DNA of 64,000 nucleotides from Myxococcota bacterium (GTDB lineage: Bacteria; Myxococcota_A; UBA796; CAJQPC01), in the NCBI GenBank assembly GCA_036012755.1, contig DASCPX010000043.1, forward strand, positions 1 through 64,000. The letters are read 5' to 3'. The notes under the pieces were generated by a model. It searched no databases, was not told where the DNA came from, and saw nothing but the letters and a program-made list of their open reading frames with translations. Numbering within the stretch: position 1 is the first letter of the stretch; every line of letters starts with the position of its first letter. The position numbers and the translations under genes were made by a program. Shown here piece after piece: positions 18,959 through 29,131 of the stretch.

Positions 18959-19837
18959 GTGATCTTGCTCATCGCATCCGCAGCCGCCTGGGAGTGTCCC
19001 CAGGTCGACGCCCCCGAGATCGAGACGATGGAGGTGGACTGCTCCGAAGGACAAGGCGAGGTCGACCTCTCGGTCTCCGCCGAGTCCCCCGTGACCACCA
19101 CACGGATCGTGGTCCTGGATGGCTCCGGCACAGAGGTGGACCGCTGGTACCCAGACCTCGACACCCCAGGCGAGACCAGCCTCTGGCACGCGGAGGGCAG
19201 CCTGGACTGTGAGCAGACCTTCCAGTTCCAGGCCACGGCCTTCCTCGAGGACGGCACCCAGGTCGAGCGGGACGCCTGGTGGAACCTGGGCTTCGACTTC
19301 GACAACGGGGACTTCGAGCAGGGCGAGACCGGCTGGGTGACCGCCGGCAACGCCGCCTTCACCGGCAGCCACGCGGGCATCGATCCCCACGGCGGGAGCT
19401 GGATGATGCAGCTGGGCTGGCCCGACTACGCCGGCTCGGTCTATGGCTACGCCTACCAGGAGCTGGGGACGCTGGCCGCCGGGACCTACACGCTCCGCTA
19501 CCACTACGCGGTCCGAACCCACGACGACAACTACAGGGACGCCTCGTCCTGCGGGGACCGAGCCCCTCACCTCGCGATCGCGCTGGCGACCGCCCAGGAC
19601 GACGGACAGGGAGTGGACTTCGTGGACTACGTCGACCTGGGACCATCGAGCGTCTACTGCGACTCGGTGTCACAGGTCGCGGACGGCGCCTGGGTCAGCG
19701 AGTGGAAGGAAGAGGAGATGGGCTTCATCGTCAGCCACGACACCGAGGACGCCGTGATCTTCTTCAACGTCTACGGCGGATACTCCCAGTGGGGACACCT
19801 GGTCTACTTCGACGACCTGAGCCTCACGAAGGACTGA
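18959..19837 (+). CDS. Secreted protein with a carbohydrate-binding-like jelly-roll domain
   Basis: GAGGAGG RBS; short signal; NGDFEQG..GW start and YFDDLSL end typical of CBM-like modules. Confidence 0.7.
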   Translation: MILLIASAAAWECPQVDAPEIETMEVDCSEGQGEVDLSVSAESPVTTTRIVVLDGSGTEVDRWYPDLDTPGETSLWHAEGSLDCEQTFQFQATAFLEDGTQVERDAWWNLGFDFDNGDFEQGETGWVTAGNAAFTGSHAGIDPHGGSWMMQLGWPDYAGSVYGYAYQELGTLAAGTYTLRYHYAVRTHDDNYRDASSCGDRAPHLAIALATAQDDGQGVDFVDYVDLGPSSVYCDSVSQVADGAWVSEWKEEEMGFIVSHDTEDAVIFFNVYGGYSQWGHLVYFDDLSLTKD

Positions 19838-19838
19838 A

Positions 19839-20595
19839 TCAGTAGCCCAGCCGGAGGGAGTCGAGGAAGCGGGTCACCTCGGCTCGCTCCTCGCCGAGGG
19901 GCTCCAGAGCCCAGATCAGCCAGACCGTACGGCCTCTCACCGCGGCGATCGCGAAGCCCGCGTGCCGCGTAGCCTCCCAGTCCACCTCCCAGGCGGAGAG
20001 GCCGGCGAAGGTGGTCTGGTAGGCCTCGTAGAAGATGGCGTCGGAAGGAGCCACGGCCTGTGCGATGTCATCCGCCCGATCCGCGGGGGCGAGCCGCTGG
20101 GCGATGCCGTAGTCCGAGCCGTCGGGGACCTTGACACGACCTACGCCGTAGCGCGTTCCGCGGGTGAACTGGGGCGCCGCCTCGTAGCCCACCGTGGGTT
20201 CGTAGCCGACGTGGATGCTGGACCAGGGCGAGACGCCGGCCATCGGTATCGGATCGCCCTGCATCTGGGCCTCCAACCCCAGCTCGTCGTCGAAGACCGA
20301 GCTCCAGGTCGTCGTCTCCAGGGCCTGGGAGTACCCCCAGACCACGAAGCCCGTCGCCGGGAGACCGACCACGGCGACGCACATGAAGAAGCCGGGCAAC
20401 GGTGACCCCCGCCCTGCCTCGGGTCGGGCGTGTCGGGCGGCCAGGAGGAAGGAGTAGAGGACGAGCAGCAGGCCGAGCCCGATGACGCAGACCGTGAAGA
20501 GGCCCTGGTAGAAGCCCCCGCCGCCCCCGCCGACACAAGACGCCGGCCAACAGAGCGCCGACGAAGCGGCAGATGTTCGGTCCGTGGTGCTTCAT
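19839..20595 (-). pseudogene. Membrane-anchored hypothetical protein with a frameshift near 20535
   Basis: ATG 20595 with GGAG gives MKHHGPNICRFVGALLAGVL. A one-base shift continues VGGGGGGFYQGLFTVCVIGLGLLLVLYSFLL into the 19839-20399 ORF. Confidence 0.55.
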
Positions 20596-20640
20596 GGATC
20601 TCCCTGAAGGAGAGATCCCATCGGGCCGGTAACGGCGCGG

Positions 20641-22037
20641 TCACAAACTGCCTGTGACCCTCACGATGGCGTCCTGCGGGACCCTCTCAGGCTGCCGGCC
20701 CTCCAGGGAAGCCTCGACGACGGCCAGCAGATCCCGGGCGCGCACCGACGTCCCGGCCGCACGGCGGGCCCGCTCCAGGGAGATCCGTCGTTGCTCGTCG
20801 GTCACCGCCAGCGCCCGAAGGGACTCGCTCTGGGAGAGCCCCACGAAGTCCCCGGCGTCGCTGCTGGCTGCGGCGGCTTCGGCGAGGAACGAGCTGGCAT
20901 CCTCCGGCCTGGACGACAGCAGGCACAAGAGGCCCCGATAGAGACCGATCTCCGCCCGATGTACGCCCGCTCCACCCTCGGCGGCCAAGGCCGAGGCCTC
21001 GTCGAGCCAGCACCCCGCCGCCTGAAGATCCCGCTCCTCCATCGAAGCCAGCGACAGCACGGTGCGGCTCGTGATGCGGTACCAGGTCAGACCCTGCTCA
21101 TCGGAGAGCGAGCGCGCCCGCTCGAGCAGCCGTCGCGCCCGGAGCAGCCTCTCCGCGTCCAGGCAGGCCTGCCCCAGGGCGTAGAGAGGGCAAAGGCCAG
21201 CGGGCGAGGGCTCCCGGAGGCCATGGCCTGCTCCAGGGCCTCGTCGAAGAGCGGCAGGACCTCTGCCACGGGGGTGCCGGTGTGCCGGCGGATCTGGGCC
21301 AGGTTGGCCAGCAGGCGCGAGCGGGCCCCGGGGCGCTCGGTGCCTTGGAGCGCCGCCTCCACCAGGCGGGTCGCCTCCTCCAGCTCCCCCGCCTCCCAGG
21401 CCATGTACGCCCGCAGCTTCAAGGCGGCCGGGCCATCGACATCGCGCACCATCAGGCGCGCCTCTTCCACCCGGCCCAGCACCTTGAGCGCCTCCGCGAC
21501 GGTGAGGCGGGTCTTGGGGGTGTCGAAGCGACGCTGCAGCTCGACGGCGTCCTCGTAGCGCTCCTGGTTGCCCAGCAGCTGTCGCAGTGCCTGGAGCACC
21601 GAGTCGGGCCCTCCCAGGGCCTCTGCCGCAGCCCAGAGCTGCTCCTCCATCTCGGCCAGCTCCGCCAGCGCGTCCTTCAGCCCGGGCCCCAGGGTCGCCG
21701 CCGCCAGCTCTGCGGCTCGCCGTTCCACCGCCCGATGCTGGGGCTCTGAGGCCGCCTCGAAGCAGTACCCGAGGCCCCGCTGGAAGAGCAGGTGCCTGGG
21801 TTGCCGGGGATCCTCCTCGATCTTCTTGCGCAGCCGGCTCACGGTGGTCTTGACCGTGTTGCTCGAAGACACGCGGTAGCCCCAGACAGCAGCGAGCAGC
21901 TCGCGAGAGTCGAAGGCGCGGCCCGGGCGTTCGGCGAGGAAGGCCAACAGCCGGGCTTCAAGCGGAGTCAGCCTGGCGCCACCAGGCAGCACCAGGCGTC
22001 GCTGCAAGTCGACCTGTCGATCCCAAAGCTCGAGCAC
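20641..22037 (-). pseudogene. OmpR-type winged-helix plus TPR regulator, frameshifted near 21185
   Basis: LTPLEARLLAFLA..PGR...ELLAAVWG...TVKTTVSRLRKKIEEDPRQPRHL..RGLGYCF. An extra dinucleotide in CTCTCTAC breaks ...AFAL/YALGQACLDAERLLRARR..., which runs into ORF 20641-21060. Confidence 0.75.
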
Positions 22038-22062
22038 CGCGTTGAAATCTACACGAGGACGC

Positions 22063-24243
22063 CTATGGGCCCAGGGTCTCGATGCCCTCTGCGAGCGCCT
22101 TGTCTCCGATGGCCCTGGCGATCACCAGGGCCTCTGCCAGGATCTCCGGGTCCGGGCGGCCGAGGCGCAGTCGGGCCAGCCCCAGGTTCGCGAGGGCGTA
22201 TGCCTCCACGACCTGGTCCCCGCAGGCACGGGCGGCGGAGAGCGCCTGGGCGGAGACCTCCTCGGCGCGGCCCTGGCGTCCCTGGTGCAGCAGCACGTCG
22301 GCCTGGTTCACCTGGGTTCGGGCCTGTCCCCTGGCGTCCCCGGCGCGGGCGAAGTTCGAGCCCGCTCGGGCGAGCTCATCCTCCGCCTCGGCGAGGCGCT
22401 CCACCGTGATCAGGAAGACCCCCAACGCCTCCTGGGCGCGAGCCTTGGCCCGAAGATCGCCCGCCGCGTCGAGCCCCCGGCGGAAGGTCTCCTCCGCGGC
22501 ACGCATGCGCCCGAGAGCCTGCAGGGCCTGACCCCTGGCCCTGTCGAACTCGACCGCGAGCTCGGCTGGGGCCGGAGCGGCGAGCTCCTCGAGGGCCTCG
22601 TCGGGGAAGCCACGAACGCGCAGGAGCTGGGCACAGGAGATGCGCAGGCGACCACGCCGGAAGGCATGCGGCGCGGCCCGTCCATCCGCCTCGCGGGCCC
22701 GCTGGACCAGCCGCAGGGGCTCCGGGACGTTGCCGCGGAGGACGGCGAGCGCGAAGATGATGACACCAGCCCAGGCCTGCTGGTCGTCGTCGCCGATCCG
22801 GACCAAGGCCAGCAGGTTCGCCTGCTCCTTGACCAGCCGGTCCAGGCAGGCTCGGCTGTCGCGACCGTCGAGGCCATCGACCCAGGCGCGGCCTGCATCG
22901 ACGAGCCAGTCTCCCCAGCCCCGCTGGGCGGCGGCGGCGTCCTCGAGCATCTGCCGCGCGTAGGCCCTGACGAGCTCCAGCAGGTGAAAGCGACCGGTCT
23001 CGTCCACCTGCACCCAGCCGTGATCGTGCAGCTCCTGCAGCAGCTCGACGACCCACGGAGCCTCTGGGCCGAGGTCCGCGATCGCCTCTGCGGCGTCGAG
23101 CTCGAAGCCGCCATGGAACAGGGAGCACCGCGCGAGCAGCACACGGGCGGAATCGCCGAGCAAGGCCCAGCTCCCATCCAGCACGGCGCGAAGCGAGGCG
23201 GGGCCTTGCTGGAGCAGGTCGACGGAGAGACGCTCCAGCAGCCGACGAGGAGGCATCAGCGATGCCCGGGCAGCCACCAGCTCGAGGGACAGGGGGTGAG
23301 CGCCGAGGCGCTCGACGAGCTCGCGGACCTCTTCGCGCTCCTCTGGTCGAGGGGGCCTCCCGGCGGAGTCCGCGCGGCGGTCGAAGAGCTTCATGCCGTC
23401 CTCGACGGACAAGCTCGGAACGGGCAGACGGTGCTCGCCCTCGACACCCAGGGGGACGCGACTGGTGACCAGCACGGCGAGCGTCTCGATCTGTCCGAGA
23501 GCGGTGACGATGTCGGCGAGATCGACCCCCTCGGCCTCGTCCAGGACGAGCAGGCCGGCGCGGCCTTCGAGGCAGGTGTAGACCCGATCCTCGATGGGTC
23601 CACGCACGGCGAGGTCCAAGGCCTCCGCGAGCGCGCAGAGGGCCTCTTCCTTTGTGCCACAGCCCTGGAGCTGGACGACCCGCGACCACTGATCGGGCCG
23701 TGAGTCCACGACCGCCCTCGCGACGCTCGTCTTGCCGATCCCCCCAGGACCCAGCAGCGTGACGAGCCGATGCGTCAGGATCGCCTGGGCGACGACCTCG
23801 ACGAGCTCGCCCCGCCCGATGAGATCGCTCTGGACCCGCTGAAGGCCACGATCCACCTGGTGGACCCACACCGAGACCGGCGGCTCCAGCCGCAGTCCAC
23901 GATTCTGGGTGCCTTCGATCGACAAGGACTCGCCCAGCTCCTTGCGCAGCCGCGACAGCGCGACGCGGAGGGTGTTGTCACTCGATGGGCGGTAGCGCTG
24001 ACCCTCCCAGACGGCCTCGAAGAGCGCGGCGCGGTCCAGCTCCTCGCCACAGGTGGCGACGATCAACATCAAGCGGAAACCGACGTGAGACCTGGAGAGC
24101 CGCGCGATGCAGGCGCCGTCGAGCCAGACCTCTGCCCGGGTCGGGACGAGGACGAGGTTCCGCTCGCCGGCCGAGACCACCTGGTGGAGGCTTGGGGGCG
24201 CATTGCCCGCCGAGAGCGCCTCGATGGCCTCGCGGACGTTCAC
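22063..24243 (-). CDS. Winged-helix + STAND/NB-ARC-like ATPase + TPR regulator
   Basis: GTG overlaps the AAA ATPase stop. LFEAVW..NTLRVALSRLRK (wHTH), LIGR, GPGGIGKT, LLVLDEAE, LVTSR.PLG..GE, PLSLELVAAR; C-terminal TPR-like helices. Confidence 0.88.
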   Translation of the reverse strand: MNVREAIEALSAGNAPPSLHQVVSAGERNLVLVPTRAEVWLDGACIARLSRSHVGFRLMLIVATCGEELDRAALFEAVWEGQRYRPSSDNTLRVALSRLRKELGESLSIEGTQNRGLRLEPPVSVWVHQVDRGLQRVQSDLIGRGELVEVVAQAILTHRLVTLLGPGGIGKTSVARAVVDSRPDQWSRVVQLQGCGTKEEALCALAEALDLAVRGPIEDRVYTCLEGRAGLLVLDEAEGVDLADIVTALGQIETLAVLVTSRVPLGVEGEHRLPVPSLSVEDGMKLFDRRADSAGRPPRPEEREEVRELVERLGAHPLSLELVAARASLMPPRRLLERLSVDLLQQGPASLRAVLDGSWALLGDSARVLLARCSLFHGGFELDAAEAIADLGPEAPWVVELLQELHDHGWVQVDETGRFHLLELVRAYARQMLEDAAAAQRGWGDWLVDAGRAWVDGLDGRDSRACLDRLVKEQANLLALVRIGDDDQQAWAGVIIFALAVLRGNVPEPLRLVQRAREADGRAAPHAFRRGRLRISCAQLLRVRGFPDEALEELAAPAPAELAVEFDRARGQALQALGRMRAAEETFRRGLDAAGDLRAKARAQEALGVFLITVERLAEAEDELARAGSNFARAGDARGQARTQVNQADVLLHQGRQGRAEEVSAQALSAARACGDQVVEAYALANLGLARLRLGRPDPEILAEALVIARAIGDKALAEGIETLGP

Positions 24244-25952
24244 ATGGCGCGGCGACCGAGCAACAGGCGCAGCTGGTCGAGGCGCTCCTGGACGTCCCCG
24301 ACGGGCATGTCGCGGTAGCGGTCCGGGAGCATGCGCTTGGCCGATGCCTCGAAGACGGCGAGCATCTCCATGAACTCGAGCATGCGCGTGTCGCGTGAAG
24401 GCAGGGTGTCCTCTGCCGCCTTCACGAGGTCGGCCTGGGAGATGACGTCCCGGTCGGCGTGGGAGGCGAAGCCCGCAGCCGCCAGCAGCACCGCCTCCAG
24501 CTCGGCCGCGGAGTATCCGGCGGTGGCCTCTGCGACGGGGTCGAGGTCGCAGCTCTCGTCGAGCTCGAAGCCCTTCTTGCGGAGCTGGGCCTCGAGGATG
24601 AGCACGCGCTCGCTGTGCTCCTCTGGGAAGAAGAAGGGGATCTTCACGTCGAAGCGGCCCGGGCGCTTGAGGTCCGCGTCGAGCTTGTCCGGACGGTTGG
24701 TCATCATGCAGATGACCACGCGGCCACGGTGGCTCGTGTCCGACATGAACTCCTTGAGCCGGGCGATGACGCGGGAGCCCGTGCCGCCGTCGCTCTCGCC
24801 GCTGTTGCCCATGGAGCGGTCGGCCTCGTCGACGATGAGCAGGACGTAGCCAAGGGCGTCGACGACCTGCAGGATCTTCTCGAGGTTGCCCTCCGTCGAG
24901 CCCACCCACTTGTCCCGAAAGTTCTTGAACTTCAGGCAGGTGAGGCCACTCTCTCCAGCGAAGGCTTCAGCCAGGAAGGTCTTCCCGGTGCCCATGGGGC
25001 CGACGAAGATGATGCCCATCGGCACCTGGTTCTTCTTCCCCTTCTTGATGGCCTCGGCCATGTTCATCAGGTCGATCTTGATGCGCTCCATTCCACCGAC
25101 GTGGGTGAAGTCGTGGTCGGGATCGACGAACTCGACGAGGCCGTGGCACTCCTGCTCGATGATCGCCTTCTTGCGGCGGCTGACCGTCTTGAAGGTGATC
25201 GGGTTGCCAGTCTGTCGGGCGATGCGGAAGAGTCCCCGGATCTGGATGAGCGAGAGCCCCGCGGTGTGCGAGGCGAGGTGCTCCTCTGGGATCTCGAGCT
25301 GCACGCGGCGAGTGTCCATCTTGCGGATGAAGTGGAGGCGCTCGTCCGGGACGGGCAGACCGACCTGGATGGCGACCAGCTGAGGCGAGGCCAGCACCTT
25401 GCGGTGGATTTCCGAGAGCTGCTCGGTCACGAGGACGACGAGGTTGTCGCTGGCCAACAGCGCCGGGTCCGAGGCCCACCGCTGGAAGTTCACGAGGTTG
25501 GACTTGTCCGTGTCCCCCATGAAGGACAGGTCCCCCGCCGGGATGATCGTCTCGACATAGTCGATGATGACGCCGGCGTTCTGGGCCGGATCGGTGAAGA
25601 CGGCCTCCATCAGCGGCAGCGCCTCTCCGGCGGCCTTCGGCATTCGCCCGATGAGATCCGAGAGCCCCTCCAGCGTGCGCCGCGTGTTGGCTGCCCGCTT
25701 GAAGCGCCCGGCCATCTCTTTTTCGGGGAACTCGATGCCTTCCGAGCAGTTGTAGTAGGCGACGATGTCCTTCGATCGGGAGAGGAAGCGCTCCAGGTAC
25801 TCCCTCAGAGGCACGTAGCGAGTCCCGTCGGCCCCGTCCCAGGGGAAGAGATCCCGCACGTTTCCGTGCAACAGGAACATGCTCGCCTCGCCCGCGAGGT
25901 ACCGCTCCCTCAGCTGCTGAGCCCAGGCGGGCAGCTCCGGCTGTCGCTTCAT
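24240..25952 (-). CDS. AAA+ ATPase (degenerate N-terminal module plus intact C-terminal AAA; SpoVK/Ycf46-like)
   Basis: VGGMERIK, Walker [16 protein letters not shown], Walker [31 protein letters not shown]. Confidence 0.92.
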   Translation of the reverse strand: MKRQPELPAWAQQLRERYLAGEASMFLLHGNVRDLFPWDGADGTRYVPLREYLERFLSRSKDIVAYYNCSEGIEFPEKEMAGRFKRAANTRRTLEGLSDLIGRMPKAAGEALPLMEAVFTDPAQNAGVIIDYVETIIPAGDLSFMGDTDKSNLVNFQRWASDPALLASDNLVVLVTEQLSEIHRKVLASPQLVAIQVGLPVPDERLHFIRKMDTRRVQLEIPEEHLASHTAGLSLIQIRGLFRIARQTGNPITFKTVSRRKKAIIEQECHGLVEFVDPDHDFTHVGGMERIKIDLMNMAEAIKKGKKNQVPMGIIFVGPMGTGKTFLAEAFAGESGLTCLKFKNFRDKWVGSTEGNLEKILQVVDALGYVLLIVDEADRSMGNSGESDGGTGSRVIARLKEFMSDTSHRGRVVICMMTNRPDKLDADLKRPGRFDVKIPFFFPEEHSERVLILEAQLRKKGFELDESCDLDPVAEATAGYSAAELEAVLLAAAGFASHADRDVISQADLVKAAEDTLPSRDTRMLEFMEMLAVFEASAKRMLPDRYRDMPVGDVQERLDQLRLLLGRRAM

Positions 25953-25994
25953 CCAGTCCTCCGAGACCTGCGAACGTGACTGGAGGTAATCGCC

Positions 25995-27485
25995 TCAGCT
26001 CAACAGGACGAGGATCATCCCGGTGCCACCGGAGAGCTCCTCCATGGCCTTGCCGACGAGGCAGCCCCGGGTGCGCTCGGGTCCCGCCGCCATGGCATGT
26101 CCCGGCACCTCGCTGGGCACGAGCAGATCCCCGAGCTCGACCGGGCCGACGACCTTGCAGGGCGCCGTCCCCTGCAGAGCCACAGGCACCTCTCCGTCGC
26201 CCAGGCTGATGCCGGGCTGGCTGCTGACGACGCCGACCACCCGCGTGTCGAAGGCGGTGTCGGAGACCACGACACGGCGCCCCCCGTCCATGCGCACGAG
26301 GCAGCCAGGCTCGACGGGCTCGCCGTCGAAGCGCTCGGCGAGATCCTTGCCCTTGGTCCGGACCTCCGCGCACTTCACGGGGCCGTGCACCTGCAGCCCC
26401 GCCGCGGAGGCCTTGTTCCCGACGATGACCTCGTGCCCACCACGGCTGTTGAGGTGGAGCGGCCCGTCCTTCTTCGCCGAGCCGTTGCGACCCTCGATCT
26501 TGCGGATCTGGATGGCCCGCTGGGTGTTGTCGGCCGTGATCTCGCCCCGGATCTCGAGCTGCTCCTCCGCGACGAGCCGACGTGCGCGGACAGCGTTGCT
26601 GGCGGTGACGGAGAAGACCTTGACCTGGTTGCCGGTGATGTCACCGGAGGCGACGTTCAGTCCCCCCTTCTGGATCGTGAGACCGCCGGCGAGCTCGCCC
26701 CCAGCCAGCGGAAGCGCGTCGATCTGCTCGGTGTCGCCAGGTCCGGCCGCTTCAGCGCTCGACGCCGGAGCCTCCTCGAGCTTGTCGATGCGCCCGACGA
26801 CGGCCTCGTAGCGATCGGGGCCCGCCTCTGTGTGCTCCAGGACTCGCAGCGCTCGCTTCTCCAAGCCGTCCATGCGCTCGTTGACGTCGACGATGTCGCC
26901 GTCAGGCCCGCAGAGGTCCTCGATCTCGTCCTCGATCCGCACCAGCCGTCCACCGTCCTCGTCGACGGCGTCGACTCGATCGAGCAGCTGATCGATGAGC
27001 CGGGACAGGCGGGTGACCTCGCCGATCTCGAGACGCTCGAGGCGGGTCGCGATCTCGTCGAGGCGCTGCTTGAGCTTCTCCTTGGTCGGCCCGGCGCGGA
27101 GGATGCGCTGGTTCTCTTCGAGGGTGTCGAGGCGCGCGGCGTGCCGCTCCACGAGCTTCGTGAGCATGAGCGTGGTCCCGACGATCCGGGTGCGCGGCAT
27201 GGCCTCGTCGGCCTGGCCGCGTCGCAGCAGGCGCGCCCCCACCCAGCGGGTCCGCCCGTCGAAGAGCTTGGGGTCGATGGGAACCTCGAGACCGAGCACC
27301 GCAGCGACGGCGCCGTCTCGCCCGATGTCGATGTCGTGCTGGGTCTCCACCCAGGAGGTGCGCTGCCCCCGCTGGTCCGAGTGCAGGGAGAAGCGCACGC
27401 TGTAGCGACCCGCAGGCACGGGCGAGCCGTCCGGCTCGAGAAGCCGGCCGTGATATTCCAGAGCCCGGAGAATGGTCTTGCTCAC
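25995..27485 (-). CDS. Tail-fibre-like protein with coiled coil and C-terminal intramolecular-chaperone (peptidase G2-like) domain
   Basis: N-term YHGRLLEPDG.P....Y.VRFSL...W.E...PR; long coiled coil; C-term DLAERF..VEPG.LV...VVGVVS.QPG.SLG...VALQG..PCKV.G.V..GDLLVPS..PG.AM...VGKAME. Confidence 0.65.
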   Translation of the reverse strand: MSKTILRALEYHGRLLEPDGSPVPAGRYSVRFSLHSDQRGQRTSWVETQHDIDIGRDGAVAAVLGLEVPIDPKLFDGRTRWVGARLLRRGQADEAMPRTRIVGTTLMLTKLVERHAARLDTLEENQRILRAGPTKEKLKQRLDEIATRLERLEIGEVTRLSRLIDQLLDRVDAVDEDGGRLVRIEDEIEDLCGPDGDIVDVNERMDGLEKRALRVLEHTEAGPDRYEAVVGRIDKLEEAPASSAEAAGPGDTEQIDALPLAGGELAGGLTIQKGGLNVASGDITGNQVKVFSVTASNAVRARRLVAEEQLEIRGEITADNTQRAIQIRKIEGRNGSAKKDGPLHLNSRGGHEVIVGNKASAAGLQVHGPVKCAEVRTKGKDLAERFDGEPVEPGCLVRMDGGRRVVVSDTAFDTRVVGVVSSQPGISLGDGEVPVALQGTAPCKVVGPVELGDLLVPSEVPGHAMAAGPERTRGCLVGKAMEELSGGTGMILVLLS

Positions 27486-27587
27486 CCGGAGTCGTGCTCC
27501 CTCGGACGTGCGGAAACGAGCCTACGAAGGGCGCGGACGGCCTGTCGAGGACAGCCTCGGCCGCCCCTGGCCAAGTGGGCGTCACCA

Positions 27588-28331
27588 GTGAAGATCCTTG
27601 CCACCGGGGCGGCCGGGCTGCTGGGATCTGCGTTGGTCCGCAACGGGGCGCGGGGGCTCGACCGCCACGCCTTGGACGTGACCGACGAGGCACAGGTAGA
27701 CGCGATTCTACAGGCCCACGAGCCTGATGCGGTGCTCTTTTGTGCGGCGTTTTCGAGGGTCGACGCCTGCGCGACCCACCCTGGCGCTCGGGCGGTCAAC
27801 GTGGAAGCTCCCATCGCCATGGCGCGCCGCGTACCGACCTGGCTGGTCTCCTCGAACTACGTCTTCGATGGCCCCGGTCCCCACGGAATCGACAGCCCGC
27901 GCAGCCCCGTGAACGCCTACGGTCGCCAAAAGCGCGAGGCCGAGGACGGCGTGCTCGCGGCCGGGGGACACGTCGTGCGCACCGGCTGGCTCTTTGGCCC
28001 CGGGGGCGACAACTTCCCCTCGCGTATCGGCGAGCTGCTCCTCGCCGGAGAGGTCCGAGCGCTGGCGGGTTGGCCAGTCCAGCCGACCTGGGCGGACGAC
28101 GTCGCGATGGCGATGATGCAGCTGCCGCCCGGCGTCTCTCACCTGATCGGCTCCGGCGAGACCACCTGGTACCGCTTCGCGTGCCGCGCCCAGGAGCTGC
28201 TCGGGTTGAGTGACCGGGTCCGACGGGTGGACAGCCTCGACATTGGGCCGCGACCGAGTGATGCCCGTCTGGAGCCTGCGAAGCTGCCCTCGTGGCAGTC
28301 TCGCCTGCCGCTCTTGCTGGAGACGACTTGA
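27588..28331 (+). CDS. rfbD: dTDP-4-dehydrorhamnose reductase-like SDR
   Basis: KILATGAAGLLG, CAAFSRVDAC, SSNYVFDG, PVNAYGRQK, VRTGWLFG, QPTWADD, TWYRFA. Confidence 0.85.
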   Translation: MKILATGAAGLLGSALVRNGARGLDRHALDVTDEAQVDAILQAHEPDAVLFCAAFSRVDACATHPGARAVNVEAPIAMARRVPTWLVSSNYVFDGPGPHGIDSPRSPVNAYGRQKREAEDGVLAAGGHVVRTGWLFGPGGDNFPSRIGELLLAGEVRALAGWPVQPTWADDVAMAMMQLPPGVSHLIGSGETTWYRFACRAQELLGLSDRVRRVDSLDIGPRPSDARLEPAKLPSWQSRLPLLLETT

Positions 28332-29131
28332 AGGTCCTCGATCGCATGGTCGCCGCGCACCGCGACCACGACCCCGCGCTGTTGACCGAGGTCGGAGACT
28401 TCAGCGGCTGGTTCGGCAGTGACGCCCTGGACACGCTGATCGCCACCCGCGGCCTGCGGCACCCGACCTTCCTCGTGCTCCGAGGCGGGCAGGTCGTGCA
28501 CCCGCACCAGGTCTGCGTGCCCACGCTGACGTGGGGACAGGGCGAGGTCCACATGCTGGCCAGGCCCGATGTCGTCTTCGGCCTGATCGCCACCGGTCAC
28601 AGCGTCCTGCTCGACGAGGTGCAGCGCCTGTGGTCGCCCCTGGCGGAGCTGACCCGGGGCCTGACGCAACGCCTGCATGGCCCCTGCGCCGCTCGCGCCG
28701 TCTACACCCCGGCCGGACAGCAGACCCCGGCGCTTCAGCGCAGCGATCGGATCAGCTTCGTGGTCCAGGTCGAGGGTGGCCAGTCCGCTCAGCTGTCGGC
28801 GCCCCCCGTGGCCGAGGGCGTGCCCGGAGAGTGTGCGTTCGAGGCGAACCTGCGAGCGGGGGACGTGCTCTACGTGCCACGGGGCCTCGACTGCGTGGGG
28901 CGGACCTTGGATACGCCGAGCCTGCAGCTCCAGCTGAGCTGCGCGCCGGTGCTCTGGGGCGAGGTGCTGCGCCGCGCGCTGGAGCGCCACGATGATCCCC
29001 TGCTGGATGCCGCAGTGGGCTTCGACGTGCGACGCGACATCGAGCTCTCCGATGATGAGGACGAGGCCTTCGACGAGATGCTCGAGCGCTTCGCCGAGGT
29101 GGCCTCGCCAGCGCTGGAGCTGGACCGATGA
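28328..29131 (+). CDS. JmjC/cupin_4 (ROX/YcfD-like) protein with Fe ligands apparently lost
   Basis: LRHPTF.V.R.G, G.SVLLDEVQR, YTPAG, FVVQVEG, LRAGDVLYVPRG. TTG start overlaps the upstream stop. Confidence 0.75.
   Translation: MKVLDRMVAAHRDHDPALLTEVGDFSGWFGSDALDTLIATRGLRHPTFLVLRGGQVVHPHQVCVPTLTWGQGEVHMLARPDVVFGLIATGHSVLLDEVQRLWSPLAELTRGLTQRLHGPCAARAVYTPAGQQTPALQRSDRISFVVQVEGGQSAQLSAPPVAEGVPGECAFEANLRAGDVLYVPRGLDCVGRTLDTPSLQLQLSCAPVLWGEVLRRALERHDDPLLDAAVGFDVRRDIELSDDEDEAFDEMLERFAEVASPALELDR

Noticed and set aside
25995..27485. Prophage or contractile injection system
   Set aside because: Only one fibre-like gene is present; there are no terminase, capsid, sheath, tube, baseplate or integrase genes and no obvious att repeats.
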